Shown here in pieces: positions 1 to 16,000 of a stretch of 64,000 bases of DNA. The DNA lies in contig JBODTK010000138.1 in NCBI GenBank assembly GCA_050613775.1, forward strand, positions 310,001 through 374,000, read 5' to 3'. This DNA is from Neocallimastix sp. 'constans'. Lineage: Eukaryota. How positions within the stretch are numbered: position 1 is the stretch's first letter; each line of letters starts with the position of its first letter. A program made the translations under genes and the position numbers. Under the pieces are notes generated by a model. That model worked only from the letters and a program-made list of their open reading frames with translations, did no database searches and was not told the origin of the DNA.

Positions 1-179
1 TCTTGGAATAAAATTTCTTCTATAGGTTCTGGTTTAAGAAACCTTGGTAATACCTGCTTTTTAAACTCTGTATTACAATGTTTAACTTATACTCCTCCAT
101 TAGCAAATATTCTTTTAGCTTCAGAACATGGAAAAAAATGTATTTACCAAGTTTTCATTATAATTTCTATTATAATTTA

Positions 180-215
<36 letters not shown>

Positions 216-230
216 ATGATTTTCTACCTG

Positions 231-261
<31 letters not shown>

Positions 262-442
262 ATTTTTGATATATTATTAATATATATATATTTTTTTATT
301 TATTTAAATTCTTAAATTTTTAATATAGGTAAAAATCAACAATTTTGTATGATGTGTGAATTAGAAAACCATGTTGCTATGGCCTTGGGTTCCGGTCAAG
401 ATTCGATTGTTCCACGTTCAATTGCATCGAAAATAAAGAGTT

Positions 443-496
<54 letters not shown>

Positions 497-567
497 TATA
501 AAAATTTTTTTATAATATTATCTGTAGAAATGTTATATTTTATTTTGATTCAATAATATATTAGTGA

Positions 568-634
<67 letters not shown>

Positions 635-933
635 TTATTTTATTTTATTTTATTTTATTTTATTTACTAATTTTATTATTTTTATTGAATATTTTAAATT
701 AAAATTAAATTATTTTTTATTAGATATTGCAAAGCATATGAGAATTGGTAGACAGGAAGATGCTCATGAATTTTTAAGATTTGTTATTGAAAGATTACAA
801 AATAGTGTTTTACGAGGATATGAAAAGTAATTATCATGAAAGAGATAAATAAATAAATGAATACAAAAAAAAAAAAAAAACAAAGATATTAAATAGATAT
901 AGTATGGAGTAGATATAATAAATAAATAAATAA

Positions 934-972
<39 letters not shown>

Positions 973-1590
973 GATTTTATGTTTATTAACTATTTTTAAA
1001 ATTGTACTTGAAATTTATTGCTATTGCCTATCTTATTATTTTTCTAATCAACTAAATAGATTGGATAATAGAATAAAAGAAACTAATATGATTTATCAAA
1101 TATTTGGTGGCTATTTACAAAGTCAAGTTACATGCTTAGAGTGTAAATATAAATCAAATACCTTTGATCCATGTTTAGATATATCTTTAGATATTAAAGG
1201 ATGTGATAGTATTAAACGTGCTTTTGAATTATTTGTTAGATCAGAAACACTAACTCAAAGCAATAAATATAAGTGTTCAAGGTAAATAATATATATATTT
1301 TATTGTATGTATAATGTTTAACTTTATGTTATAAGAATATTAAAAAAAAATCTTTTTTTTTTAAACGATATAGATGTAAGAAACTTACCAATGCTCAAAA
1401 ACAAATTACTATATATGAAGCTCCAATGGTTTTAACTATACAATTAAAACGTTTTGATTTTACTAAATCGTTATCTGGTAGTGGTAAAATTGGTAAAATT
1501 ATTGATTTTGATGAAGTTTTGAGTTTAGGCCCGTATATGTCAAAGTCACACCAGGTAGTTATTTTACATAAATAATAATTAATAATATTA

Positions 1591-1635
<45 letters not shown>

Positions 1636-1762
1636 AATAAATAAAAAATAATAATAATATAATGATAATAATAATAATAATAAATAATAATAAATAATAA
1701 TAAATAATAAATAATAAATAATAAATAATAAATAATAATAATGATAATAATAAATAATAATA

Positions 1763-1801
<39 letters not shown>

Positions 1802-2255
1802 AAAAATAATGATGATGATAATAATAATAAATAATAATAAATAATAGTAATGAATAAATAGTAAATAATAATAATAATAATTTATTTATTTATTTATTTA
1901 TTTTATTAATATATATTGTTTTATTAGCATGAAAATCCAATATATCATTTATATGCTGTTTTAGTTCACCAAGGTAGTTCATGCAATTCAGGCCATTATT
2001 ATTGTTTCGTTAAAAATTCCAATGGTATTTGGTATGAAATGAATGATTCATCAGTAAGCCAAGTTAGTTTAAAGACAGTATTAAGACAACCAGCATACTT
2101 ATTATTCTATGTTAGAGATCCATCTTCAATTAATAGGAATCCTTCAAAGATAAATGTATATTATTCTATTTATTTATTATATTTATTTTATGATTATTAA
2201 TTATTAACAATGAAATATATATTCTTCTATTACAATATAATACTAATTAAATATA

Positions 2256-2298
<43 letters not shown>

Positions 2299-3429
2299 TA
2301 TTATTAAAATATATATTTATTTACGATTTATAATATATATATAGAAACAACAAGAAAATGAAAATACTAATATAAATACAACTAATCATAGCGATACGAA
2401 CAATATGAAAAAGAGAAAATTAGAAGATATTACTAAAGATAATACCCATCATAATAAAGAAATTAACAAATCATTGCATAAAAATAGTAAAGTAGAAGAT
2501 GAATTAAATGAATTATCAAAGAAACAATCTCCATCAGAGGAACCTCATCAAAAAAAGATAAAATCATTGCATAAAAATAAAGAAAGTACTCCCAAAAAAG
2601 CTGAAGAAAAAGAATCAAAGAAAAATCATCATAATAAAACTAACTCATCTATGTCTGATGAATTGGGTGAAAAAATTAGTCGTAAGGAACTGAAGAAACT
2701 TAAAAAGGAAAAGCAAAAGAATAAAGGATCTACTACTGCTTCCTCAGCATCAACTAATTCAAAACAAGAATTATTAAATTCCCTCTTAAAATCAACTTCT
2801 AATCCATCCTCTGCCTCCAATGAACATAAAGAAACGTCTACTCATAAAAAGGATTCCAAATCATCAAAATCTTCTAAACATTCAAAGAATAAGATTCTTG
2901 ATAGTATAATATCGAATACTTATAATGGAAATGGCTATTCAAATCCAATTCTAAAGGTTGATTATACTAATAAATCAAGTGATAGTTGGGATATTATTAA
3001 TAATGATAAAATTACTCATGAAGAATCTCTTAAATCCAAAAAGTCAGAGCTCAGTAAAATTGGTAATTGGATTATTGAAGAAAAGAAGAAAGACCACTCC
3101 TTTGAAGATGAAATCATTCATGATGATAATGATGATGATGAATATGTTGTGAAGAATCAAATTAAAGAAAATCATACTGAAAGACCCGATAGTGCACCAT
3201 TAGTTACTTGGGATGAAAAATTAGAAACTAAACAAGAAAAATTAGAAAGAGTTATTGCTCGTGAATCAGCTCATATTGAAAAATCTGGTGAATTTGAAGT
3301 TGATAAATCAAATACACTTTTTGGTTCCAATGGTAAAGTATCATTTTAAGAATATCTATTTATTAATTTTAATATTAAATTTTTTTGTCATTATATTAAT
3401 TCGTTTTAATTAATTAATTAATGAATACA

Positions 3430-3460
<31 letters not shown>

Positions 3461-4091
3461 TTATTATTATATTATTATTATTTTTTTATTTTTATTTTTT
3501 TTTTCATTATTTACGTATATATATGTATATATGTATATATAGTTGCTTTATGGGGTGAAGAAGAAGTTTCTAATGAAACAGCTTATGAACGTGAAGAATT
3601 CTTAGAAAGTACAAAGATTAGACATAAGAAACCAGATAATTGGGATATGGCATTGGATGCTGGTAAGGTTAAGAAAACGAAAAAGCAAAAGATTGAAAGA
3701 AATGGTGATCCAAGAATTCGTCAAGAAATGGTTCATCTTGGTTTCCGTCGTATTCAAGAAAAAATGAATAAGAATAGAAAGGTAAACAAACAAACAAACA
3801 AATAAATAAATAATAAACAAAAAATAGATAGTTAAATATTTCAATAATTAATTTGAATTCAATTAAAAATCTAAAAATATATAATATACGTTAATAATTT
3901 TATTTATGTACTATTTTTATTAAAATATATTCATATATATATATATTTTATCTTTATATTTTTATTTTTATTATAATTATTATAATTATTTTTATTTTAA
4001 ATAATAGAATCTTGAGGAATCTGTCAAAATAAAGTCATCACAAAAGAAAAGAATAAGAAAAGCGAAAAACAAAAATTTAAGAGATGATTAA
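1..4091 (+). CDS. USP36: Ubiquitin-specific protease, USP36/USP42/Ubp16-like (multi-exon, 5' end outside window)
   Basis: Cys box [18 protein letters not shown] from base 1; [10 protein letters not shown] (724-826); [12 protein letters not shown] (1060-1281); His box [20 protein letters not shown] (1928-2155); long Lys/Ser-rich exon 2345-3331; C-terminal [14 protein letters not shown] (3543-3781); stop TAA 4089-4091; GT-AG introns. Confidence 0.85.
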
Positions 4092-4101
4092 ATTTAAAAG
4101 C

Positions 4102-4141
<40 letters not shown>

Positions 4142-4245
4142 AAAAAGAAAGATAAAATAAACAGTAAAATAATAATAAAAAAAATTTTTTTTTTTTATTA
4201 ATTTTAATATTAATTATATTTTATATTACAACTTCTTTTTTTCTT

Positions 4246-4298
<53 letters not shown>

Positions 4299-5076
4299 CA
4301 TCATTTATTTTTTAATACTATATTATGATTTAAATTATTAACATAAAATATTAAATATTTTAATTTTTTTTCTTTCATTCTTTCTATTTATCAATATTAA
4401 AAAAAATATATATATACAAATACACATTATTATAATTTTAATTGCTTTTATTATACATATATGAATGAACAGTTATATTAAAAAAAATATATATTATATT
4501 ACATTCTAATGAATATATTGCTTATATCAATATATCTTAATAATATATATTTTATAATAATGTGTAATATAATATCTATTAGTCTATAATAATTTAATTG
4601 ATTCTTTTCTTTTTTTTTTTTTTTAGAAAAAAAAAAAAAATTAAATAGATAAACACTATATTACTACTATTAATATTAATAATCGCTTTATTTTAATCCT
4701 ATAGAAATACACACTTTTTTTTTTTTTTAGTTATATTTATATATATTATTTTCAATTCAACTTTTATGTTTTTTTCTTTTTTTTTTTTTTTTTTTTTTTT
4801 TGAAATATCTTTTCTTATATATATATATATATTTATAATTAAAATTATTTATTTTTAATTTCATTTTACTTTTTATATTTTTTTTTTTATTAATAGTTCT
4901 TTGTAGTTTTTTTCTTTTTTTCTTTCTTTCTTTTTTTTTTTTTTTATTTTTATAATAAAAAAAAAAGATAATAAAATAAAAAAATATAAATAAATAATAA
5001 TAAATATTAAATTATAAAACATATAATAATTATTTTAAATAAAAAATAAAATAAGATTAAATAAAATAAATAAATA

Positions 5077-5109
<33 letters not shown>

Positions 5110-5181
5110 AAATTATATATATATATTTAGATTATTCTTATTATTATTATTATTTTTTAAATAATTGTATTTTTAAAATAA

Positions 5182-5213
<32 letters not shown>

Positions 5214-5358
5214 TTAAAAAAAAGAATTTATTTATGCTTATATAAATATTTATAGTTATTTTTATTTTTATTTTTTTTTTAATTAATTAATAATGATTAA
5301 AGATATTAATGATAAATGATATTTATAATAATATTTTTTTTTTTTTTTTTTTTTTTTT

Positions 5359-8300
5359 TTATTCTAAAATTAATTTTTGCTTTTGTAATTGATCAACCAT
5401 ATACAAAAATACTATACTAAATAATGCGGATATTAAAAATATAACATCAAACCAACGTTGATAAAAATCAAATTCAATGGATTTTAACACATCTGTAATA
5501 ATTGTACTATAAAAATAAAATATATATATATATATTTATTATTAATATTATAATCTTATTTTAATTAAATATATATATATATATTTAATTATATATTATT
5601 TAATTTATTGTATTTATTTATTTACCGATATTGTGGTGGTAAATTCATTCTCATCATTAATACAAAACTTAAAAAGTAGGTACCCATAAACCAAGCTAAA
5701 AATAACACAATATTATCTGGTGACAAAGCTTTCGAATAGTTTTGGAAAATCTATTAATATATAATATATTTATATATTATATTAATTATTATAAATAAAA
5801 TATAAAAAAGATAATAATAATAATAATAATAATAATAATATATATATATATATATATTTTTTACCTTCATAATTTGAATTAATAAACTTCTAATAGATAC
5901 TAAAATTAAAACACCAATAAATATAAAACTAAGTTGTTTTGACCAAACATTAATATCAATATTTAATTGAAAATATTGAACAACAATATCTAATCCATAG
6001 GTAATTGGATCTGTTTCTCCAATACGATTAAATAAAATATTAACAACAGTCTATATACATATATAAAATAAGAATATATATATATATTTTTTATTTTTTT
6101 AATTTAATAATAATATTTATCTAATATATATATATATATATTTATTTTATAATTCAATTATTATTCATGACTAACCATTACGATTTTATAGAGACAATAT
6201 CCTGAAAAAAAATATCCTAAAAAGTTATTATACTTTCCTTGCCATGTTTGTGAAAAAGCAATTTTATCCTAAGAAATAAATACAATAATAACAAATGTTA
6301 AAAATAAAATAAAATAAAAAAAAAAAAAAATTGTTTTTTATTTCATTTAATAATCAATATTTTAAAAAAAAAAAAATTTTTTTTATTGATTTTTATTGTT
6401 GCTATTATTATTAATTTTATAGTTACTTTTTCAATATATAATTCATCAATTGCTTGGTATAATTGTCTATTAAACATTTCAAGTTCTTGTATTTCCTCAT
6501 TTAATTTATTTACTATATTAAAATTTTAATCAAAATATATATAAATAAATATATATATATATTATTTAAGATATGTTAAAAGATGTCAATACAAATACAA
6601 TAAGATTTATAAGAAAAAAAAAATATTTATTTTAATTTTTTTATTGAAAATAATATAATATTTAAATCTATTATCCTTTTTTTTTTTTTTTTTTTATCTT
6701 TGCTTTCTTACTTTCATTTGTTTTTGGTTTAAATATATTAAATAGTTGGGAAAGTGATTGTTTTGGATTTTGTTGTTCAGATTCATTATACTGTAAAAAT
6801 TTTTTTGATTAACATATATATAATTATTAATTAATTTGATTTTAACGAATTAATGATAATATAATAATAATAATATTAATATAATATATAATTATATAAA
6901 TTCATTATTTATTATATATTATGTATGATGCATTATCTATTGTAATTATAAACCTTTTCTTTTAGTTTTAATAGTCTTCTTTTTTTCATTAATATATTTT
7001 CCATAGTTTTTTGATATTTTCTTTCTGCCATATTAATGTCTTCTTTTGAAATTGGTCTATAAAAATTAATATTATTATTGTATTATTATTATTTATTTAT
7101 TTTTATTTTTATTTTTTTTTTTTTTTTTTTTTTTTGATAATTTATTAATTAGTACACCCTATTTGATAATATAAATATATAATAAAAGTATATAATATAA
7201 ATTCAACATGTATATTATAACCAATAGGTATTTTACTTTATAAATATTGAAAGTGTTGTATAAGGACTGTTAACAGCACCAAATCCAGATAAAATTGCCA
7301 TAAATGTTACTCCAAAAATACCAACCCTTCCGATACCTTCAGTTAACATATTAATGTCCTTGGCTAATTATGTAAATATTATTTATATTATTATTATTAT
7401 TCACGAAATAAAAATATAATTATTATTATTAATGATGGTTAATTTTAATATTAAATTAATATTTTTAACTGAATTATCTTATTTTTCATAATAAATATTT
7501 GCTTTATAATTGAAATTAACAAATTTTTACTGATACTTACGTTGGGCATATTTTGAATAAATTGGGAAATATATAGCAATTTTCCAAAATATTAATGCGT
7601 ATAATGAATAAAGTATGATAGTGAATGTTAAATGTATATAATGAACTAAAAATATTGTACGTATTCAATAATTCATAGTATATAGTGATAAATTATTTAT
7701 ATTAATATACATAAACAAGTATATGTTTAAATATACTTTAAATAATATATATATAAATATAATTTTTAATTTACTTCTTGAAAAACGAAATATGTAATAA
7801 CTTTGATATGACGGTATAACAACAGATACTAAAAATAACATAAAATAAATAAATAATTTCCAATAAAATCTTCTTGAACTATTTTTTTTTTAAAAAAAAA
7901 TTATAATATATTATATAGAACATTTATTAAGACAATATAAATACAATTTATATATAAATTTATTAGACTTTAATAATTGATAATATTTAATATTTTTAAA
8001 TAAATATAAATATATATATATATTTATAATTTTTTATAAATAGGTATATATATATATATTTAAAAATAAAAAATAAAATAAAATAAAATAAAATAAAATA
8101 AAATAAAATAAAATAAAATAAAATAAAATAAAATAAAATAAAATAAAATAAAATAAAATAGAATAAAATAAAATAAAATAAAATAAAATAAAATAAAATA
8201 AAATAAAATATAATAAAATAAAATAAAATAAAATAAAATAAAATAAAATAAAATAAAATAAAATAAAATAAAATAAAATAAAATAAATAGTAGAATATTA

Positions 8301-8670
8301 AATATAATGTACAGATTGAATAAAATAAAATAAAATAAAATAAAATAAAAAAAAAAAAAAAAAAAAAAAAAAATGAAATGAAATGATATTTATATATATA
8401 TTCATAAATTTACCTTAAACTTAAAACATCTGAAATTTCAAAAATAACTAATTCAAAAAGTGAACAACTTCCAGCGAACACTAATGAAAATAGAATTCTT
8501 ACAAAATTATTTTTAACTTCATAGTCTGTATATAATTTATTTTCAAAAAATAGGTGGCCGATAATATAATAAACTACAAACAATGTTAATAACACTATTC
8601 CAGAGTAAATTAACGAAAAAAATGAAGTCTTAATTTCGAGAGAATCAAGATTACCATGTATATTTTCCAT
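5359..8670 (-). CDS. GPR89: Golgi pH regulator / GPR89-like membrane protein (multi-exon)
   Basis: [20 protein letters not shown] (8410-8670); [24 protein letters not shown] (~7235-7365); [17 protein letters not shown]-terminal [14 protein letters not shown]; stop 5359-5361. Confidence 0.9.
8072..8350 (+). repeat. (TAAAA)n pentanucleotide microsatellite in GPR89 intron 1, with an embedded short unique core
   Basis: Long TAAAA array interrupted at about 8287-8320. Confidence 0.95.
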
Positions 8671-10008
8671 GATTGTTATTTATTTATTTATTTATTTATT
8701 AATAGTATATACACTTATTGTTTTTTTTTTTTGTTTTTTTTTTTGTTTTTTTCAAAATTATTTGCTTTATTAAATATTAATTTACTTTTTTGAAAATTTT
8801 ATTAATAAATTTTAATATTGCTTTAATATTTTTTTCTTAATTAGAGCATAAAAAATCAATGGATGAAACCTTTCTTTCTTTCTTTCTTTTTTTTATTATT
8901 ACTTTATTTTTTATATAATATTACTTATAAAAAAAAGAAAATGATTCAAACATGATATAATTATATACAAAATGATGGGTAATATTATATTAAATGGAAT
9001 AGTAATGGATAATCATTTAATTTTAGTAATTTATATTAAATATACATATTTTATTTCTTCTTTATATTTCCTCTTTTTGAAGATAAATTTTGTTCTCCTA
9101 TATATATATATATATTATTAAAATTGAATATTTTTTCTAACAATTTTTCTTTATAAAAAATATTTCTTTTATTTAATATTTTCCTTATTTTTTTTTCTTT
9201 TTATTCTATTACTAAATTATTTCCTCAACTTTGTAACCTTTTTTTTTATTTATTTAATATATACCTTCTATTTAAATTGTAATTAAAAGGAAAATCTTCA
9301 AAAAATAAAAAAATTAATTAAAATTTAAATATTGGAAAAAAAAATTATAAATTTTAATTTATAATTTAATTTTCTTTTTTAATACAAAATAAATAAATAA
9401 ATAAATATTAAATAGATAAATATTAAATAAATAAATAAATATTAAATAGATAAATATTAAATAAATAAATAAATAATTATATAATTAAATAAACAAATAC
9501 TCAATATTCATTTAATAATTAATATCATTCACAAAAAATTATATGATAATATTTTATTTTTTATTTTTATACATAAACGTTATTTTACTTTTATTTAATA
9601 TGAAATATATTCATATTCTATAATATTTTATTTTTTTTTTATTTAATTTTTTTGTCATTTTTTTATTTTTTTTTCATAATTATTCATTTATATATATTTC
9701 CATTTTTAACTTTACAAATAATAAATAATTATAATAAATAGTAATCTATGGAATAAAAAAATAAAAATATTTTTTAATGGGAATAAATATATATATTTTA
9801 TAAAAAAATAGGGAAAAAAAAAAAACATGATATCTTATGATCTTATGATTAAATTATAAATTAATAAAGGATTTATTATTTTTATTCTATTAAAAAATAA
9901 AAATACGATATAATTAAATTAAAACTAAAAAGTGATAAAATAAAAGAAATAATAAATATAAATATATGATATTATTTTTTTTTCTTTCTCTTTTTTTTTT
10001 TTTTTTTC

Positions 10009-10061
<53 letters not shown>

Positions 10062-10087
10062 GGAGGAAAAAAATTAGATATAGAAAA

Positions 10088-11383
10088 TTATACTAAAAGA
10101 ACAGCATTAATGCAACCATCAAGTTCTGGATTATTAGTAACTTGAGCATATTTACCCCATACAACTTTACCATTGGAGGTGACAAGACCAAGTTCACTAA
10201 CATTAACTTCTATAATAGTACCCTTAGTCATAACACCTAATTGAGTGTACATAGCACTTTGCGGATTCTTTTTAACACCAATAATTGGAAGATAGAAAGT
10301 AGCACGAAGTTCTGGATGGGTAACATGAGCTTTCTTGTAACGTAAAGCCATTGGTCTAATGAATCTTTCCATCTTTGGTGGTTTACGTGTGAAGGACTCA
10401 CCAACAAATGTAGCCTTAGTAACCATACGCTTCCATGCTTTGGCTATTTAAATATTTAATAGTTATACCAAAATTTTTATTAATTGTAATTATTTAATTT
10501 ATAAATTTATTATTTTCACTATAATTATGTTTTTTTTTTTTTTTTAAACTTACATTTTGATTTTCCTGTTTTAATAACCTTGAACATTTCATCTTCCGAA
10601 ATACCACGAACCTTTGGAAGTGGTACATTCCATTTACCAGCCTTTTCTTTTCTTTTTTGTTTAATCATATTACTAAGAACCTTAGCTCTAGTTTGGTTTT
10701 CACGATCAAGAAGATAAGTTGGGACGGCTCCTTCTTGAACTTTATCATCGGTCTTATGTTTGTTAGAACGTTCATCATGCATTTTAAGACTTTAATTTAA
10801 ATTTTAAAATTAATATCATCATTTATATTTTTAAAATTTATAATTAATTTCAAAATATATTTAATTATAATAGATGGCAATTGTATACATACGTTTTCTT
10901 CATTTGAATCTTTTCAGCATGACGTTTCTTGTTATATAATTTAGCCTTGAAACCATGAACCTTTTGAGCGAATGCAGACTTCTTGTGAGCTTCACGAGCT
11001 TCACGCTTACGCCTGTTTTATTATAATATGATATTTTATTAATATATATATATATATATAAATTTTTATTTAATTATAAAATATTTTAATATAAAATTTC
11101 AAAATTATACAAAAAATATAAATTAGAATATGTTCATTATTTATTTTCGAGAAAATTTTAAATTGCAAATAAAAAAAAAAATTTGAAAAATATATATATC
11201 TATATAATTAATTCCAATTAATAATTATGATTTTTTTTATGATATTTTTATATTTTTATATATTATGATTTGTACTTATTTAAATTTAAAATTTTGAAAA
11301 ATTTTCATAATTATAAATAATTCTTGTAAACAAATTTATTAAATTAATTATTAAATCATTAATCAATTTTACTGATGAAATAT

Positions 11384-11438
<55 letters not shown>

Positions 11439-11887
11439 ATCAAATATATCATTATTATAAATTTTTAAGGAATATATGGTTCTATTTAACTTAAAATTAA
11501 ATTTAAATTTCTAAATCATTAATTTTTATTTGAAAATAATACTTATGAAAAAGTTTATATATATATAACTTTTAATTTTATAATTCTCTAGATTTATGGA
11601 TTTGTATTTCTATTTTTTTCAATAATTCTTACATTCTTTCTTCATAGTTGAATTGACGACCATGTTTCTTAATAGCTTCCTCAATATATTCGTTTTGTGG
11701 CTATTTATTGATTGTTAAACAATTTATTTTAAAAATTTGAATAATTGATATATTTTTTTTTTTATTAATTAAAATAAGTATATATATATATAATAAATAA
11801 ATAAATAAAAGAAATAAATATTTTTATTGTATTAATGGACAAATAAAATTAATTATTATATTATTTTTTATATTGACTATTTACCAT
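10088..11887 (-). CDS. NSA2: Ribosome biogenesis protein NSA2 (multi-exon, first coding exon is ATG only)
   Basis: ATG|GT at 11887-11885; [14 protein letters not shown] (11700-11633); [62 protein letters not shown]. Confidence 0.96.
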
Positions 11888-12622
11888 TCTGTTTTTTTAT
11901 ATTATAAAAATAATTAAATATTAAAATTTCAAGATTTATATCAAATTTTATGAGATTAAAACTTATACAATAATACTTTCAATTATAATATAATTTTTTT
12001 TTCTTTTTTAAAAAAAAAAAAAGGGCCCCCTTTTCTCTTAACAGTTATTGTAAAAAGAAAAACACTTCTATTTTAAATAATTAATACCTAATAGTTCTTT
12101 ATAATTTTTAGGTATAAAAAAAAAAAAAAAAAAACTATATTGGTTTACATATATCCAATCACATGGTTATATATTATATTATCAAATATATTATGATTAA
12201 TATTATTTTAAAAATATTTATTAACAAATAACTTTTTAATGAAAATGATATAATTAATAATTTGGTAATAATTAAATGTCAATAATTATTATCTCATTAA
12301 ATTCAATTAAATAATAAATAATAATAATAAATAATAAATAATAATAATAAATAATAAATAATAAATAATAAATAATAAATAATAAATAATAAATAATAAA
12401 TAATAAATAATAAATAATAAATAATAAATAATAAATAATAAATAATAAATAATAAATAATAAATAATAAATAATAATAAATAATAAATAAATAAATAATA
12501 ATAATAGAAATAATAATAATAATAATAAATAATAAATAAATAAGTAATAAATAATAATAATAGAAATAATAAAATATTTTGTTTATATATATAAGTCTTA
12601 TTAGATATATTTTATTAATTGT

Positions 12623-12658
<36 letters not shown>

Positions 12659-12998
12659 TATTAAAGTAATTTATTTAGTTATTAATAATTTATACATTTA
12701 TTTATTTATTATAAAATTACTTATTGACGAAAGTCGCAAATTTTCGTCTATAAAATAAACAATTATTTTTATATAAACTATATAACTATTTCACGTGAAT
12801 AAACAAGAATAAAGAAACTATTTACATGCGCATGATAAATCTAATGATTTACATTTAACTATGTATTAACATAAATAATGTTAATTTACATTTTAAGTTT
12901 AGTTTTTTACATAAATATTTATGATTTATATTTTCTATTATTTAATTATAAACCTAAATTATTAAGTTTATTTATTTATATTATTTAATACTTTAACA
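12659..12998 (-). repeat. Copia 3' LTR
   Basis: Matches 18486-18821 except two substitutions near one end and a 4-bp (TTTA) indel seen by eye; element-sense ends TGTTAAAG...CTTTAATA. Confidence 0.93.
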
Positions 12999-13010
12999 CT
13001 CCCCCTCAAA
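12999..13010 (-). other. Copia polypurine tract (TTTGAGGGGGAG)
   Basis: Lies directly between the polyprotein stop codon (13011-13013) and the TG of the 3' LTR. Confidence 0.92.
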
Positions 13011-16000
13011 TCAGTTTTCATTTGTAATGAAAATTTGATTTGCAAAGGTTGTCATTTTAGTACCATTTACACATTTTGTTAATGTGTCAGCTAGCATTTT
13101 ATCGGTACTGATATATTTTAATTTAATTAAATTTTTCTCAATATTGTCTTTATTAAAATGATATTTGATTGAAATATGTTTTAATTTTGGATTTAATTCC
13201 CCATTTTCCATTGAAATTTTACTTGCATTATTATCAGTGAATAATGTTAGTGGTTTGTTGAATTTGAATAATTCATATAAGATATTTTTAATTCTTAATA
13301 ATTTCTTTATACATACTGATGCACTTATGTATTCAGCTTCTGCTGTTGATGTGGCGACAACTGACTGTTTTTTCGAGGTCCAGGATATTGGATTATTTCC
13401 CATTAAGATAATATTACCTGATGTTGATTTTCTGTCAGTAACGTCACCAGCGAAGTCTGAATCTGTGTAACCTACAATGTTACCAGTGCCATCATATTTA
13501 ATTTTGTAATTTTTGGTATTTTTTAAATATTGTAATATTGCAATAACTTTGTGCCAGTCAGATACTGTCGGATTTTCTGAATTTCTGGCAGCTTTGTTGA
13601 CTGAAAATGCAATGTCGGGTCTGGTACATTTTGATAAATAAATTAACATACCAATTGCACTTTTATATTTTGTTTTGTTGAATGGTTGGTTATTTTCTGA
13701 TATTGTATTATCACCAACACATGGTGTTTTTCTTAGTCTTTTGTTATTGATATTAAATGTTTTTAAAATATTTTCTATAAATTGTGTTTGAGATAATGTA
13801 TAAGTGTTATTTCTATTTTCAACTTTAATTCCCAATAAGTAGTCTATTGGACCAGATTTTGAGATCTTGAATTTGTTTTTAATTTTATTGAAGATTTTGT
13901 TAATTTCTTCCTTTTCTCCAGTAACAATCATATCGTCTACGTATAAGCCAATTATACAGACTAATTTTCCATTTACGATTTTCTTGAAAACGCAACTTTC
14001 AGATTTTAGTTGCTCCATTCCTTGTTCAATTAAAAATTTAGAGATGGTATTATACCATTGTCGGCCAGATTGTTTTAAACCGTATAATGCTTTGTTCAAT
14101 TTCCAATATCCCCTCCCAAAGTTAGGATCTCCAGGGGGAATTTTGACATAGATATCTTTGTCTAAATCCGCGTTGAGATACGCAGCTTTGATATCTAATT
14201 GGAGAATGTCCCATTTAAATTTAGCAGCTAAGGAGATAAGAAGTTTTAAACAATCGAAATTAAGGGTAGGAGAGAAAGTCAACTCATAATCAATGCCATA
14301 TTTTTGAGAGAAACCTTTAGCGACAAAACGAGCTTTATGTTTAATAATATGGCCAAGACCATCAGTCTTAAGAGCGTAGACCCATTTGGAAGGAATGGGT
14401 TTCTTACCATCTGGAATATTGTTCACAAAAGTCATAATTTTATTAGTATAAAGATTATCCAGTTCGTTATCCATAGCTTTTTCCCATAGAACGTGGTCTT
14501 TACAATTTGTGGCTTGGAAAAATGATTGGGGCACAAAATTATCCAAAGTAGCAATAATTTTTGAATTAAAGTTTGATCTACGAAATTTTTGTGATTGGGA
14601 AGGTGTTAAATCGTCCGAAAGTGACCTTCCGTGTTTTTTAAAATTAAACTGTTTTTTAATATGTAAATAATTATTTTTCTTAATTTTAAAATGATTATTT
14701 GAAAATAAATAATCAATATTTCCATTTTCAAAATTTTTATTATTTTTGAAATGAAAATTGCTCCTATGATGAGGTAAATTAATTCTATTGAATGAATTTG
14801 TATTAAAAGAATTTTGGTTATCTATATGTAGTTCTTTAACACTTCTTCTGCCATTAAAAGGGAACTTTTTGTCGATGTAAGAAGAGATAATATTATTTCT
14901 ATTAAACATAGTATTTTCTTGAGAATAAGAAGGAAAATTATAATAATTTGGGTTTGAAAAATTTTTGGATTTAGATATATTATCAGTAGTACTGGTAGAT
15001 ATATTATTTTTAATATTTGTTTCAGAAAAATTTTTATTAAAATTTTCTTTAATTATATTAGATTTATTTGAAGACATATTGGTTTGTTCATTAACTTTTC
15101 CTTGATTATTGGATTTCTTATTAAATAAGGTTTTGTCGTTAATATCAAAAAATTTTTCTTCATCAGTAATTTTATTATTATTTTGAGTTTTAGAATTTTT
15201 AACCTTATTTATATTTGAATTTTCAGAAAAATTTTTCTCTTGATTAGAATTATTATTCGATAAGGTTTCATTAAAATTTTTGTTTTTGTTTATTGAATTT
15301 TCTTCATTTTTTGAAAAATTTTTATTATCAGAAAAATTTTCATCAGAATGATTTTTGAAATTTTCTTGATTTTTGTAGTTTTGGGTCTCTTCTTCTGCGA
15401 TTTTTATTTCTTTGTCCTTACCAATATTATTATTGATATTGGTATCGTTAGAATCCTCAGTCTCTGGGCTTTTCCCTTTATCTCTTTTAGGGGAATTGTC
15501 CTTATTTAAATTTTCTTGTAAATCATCATTGTTTGTGATAGGTAATGATGAATAATTTTCTTTGGTATTTTTGCTATTTTCTTTGTTGTTGTTATTAAAT
15601 TTATTTTCAGAAGGTTTACTACTATGGTTACCAGCTTTATGATTTTCTCCACCAGATGAGTCTGGTAAATTCTTCGAAAAATAAAAATCAAAAGTAAGAA
15701 ATTCCTGATCACCATATTGATTTGATTTATTGTTTGCTAATTTTACATTAGCAGGAGTATCTTCTAAACAGTAAATTTCTCTACAATAATGAATTGAATT
15801 ATCATTGAAATCCATAATAATATAGCTATTAGTTTTTTCACTAAATCCAAGAAAAATTCCTTTCTTAGAATTAGGTGAAAATTTGGATTTATTTTGGCTT
15901 CTGTCAATATAGAAGGTGATACAACCGAATACCTTGATGTGATTAATTTTTACTTTGTTTTTGTAGAATATTTCATCTGGAATTTTGTTATGAATTCCAG

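Noticed and set aside
78..830. Short ORFs of poly-I/L/F/N (also 18705-19007, 23387-23626, 52778-53047)
   Set aside because: These are translations of intronic or intergenic microsatellites and homopolymers
11015..11632. Intronic snoRNA in the long NSA2 intron
   Set aside because: No paired C and D boxes or H/ACA hairpins seen on the sense (minus) strand
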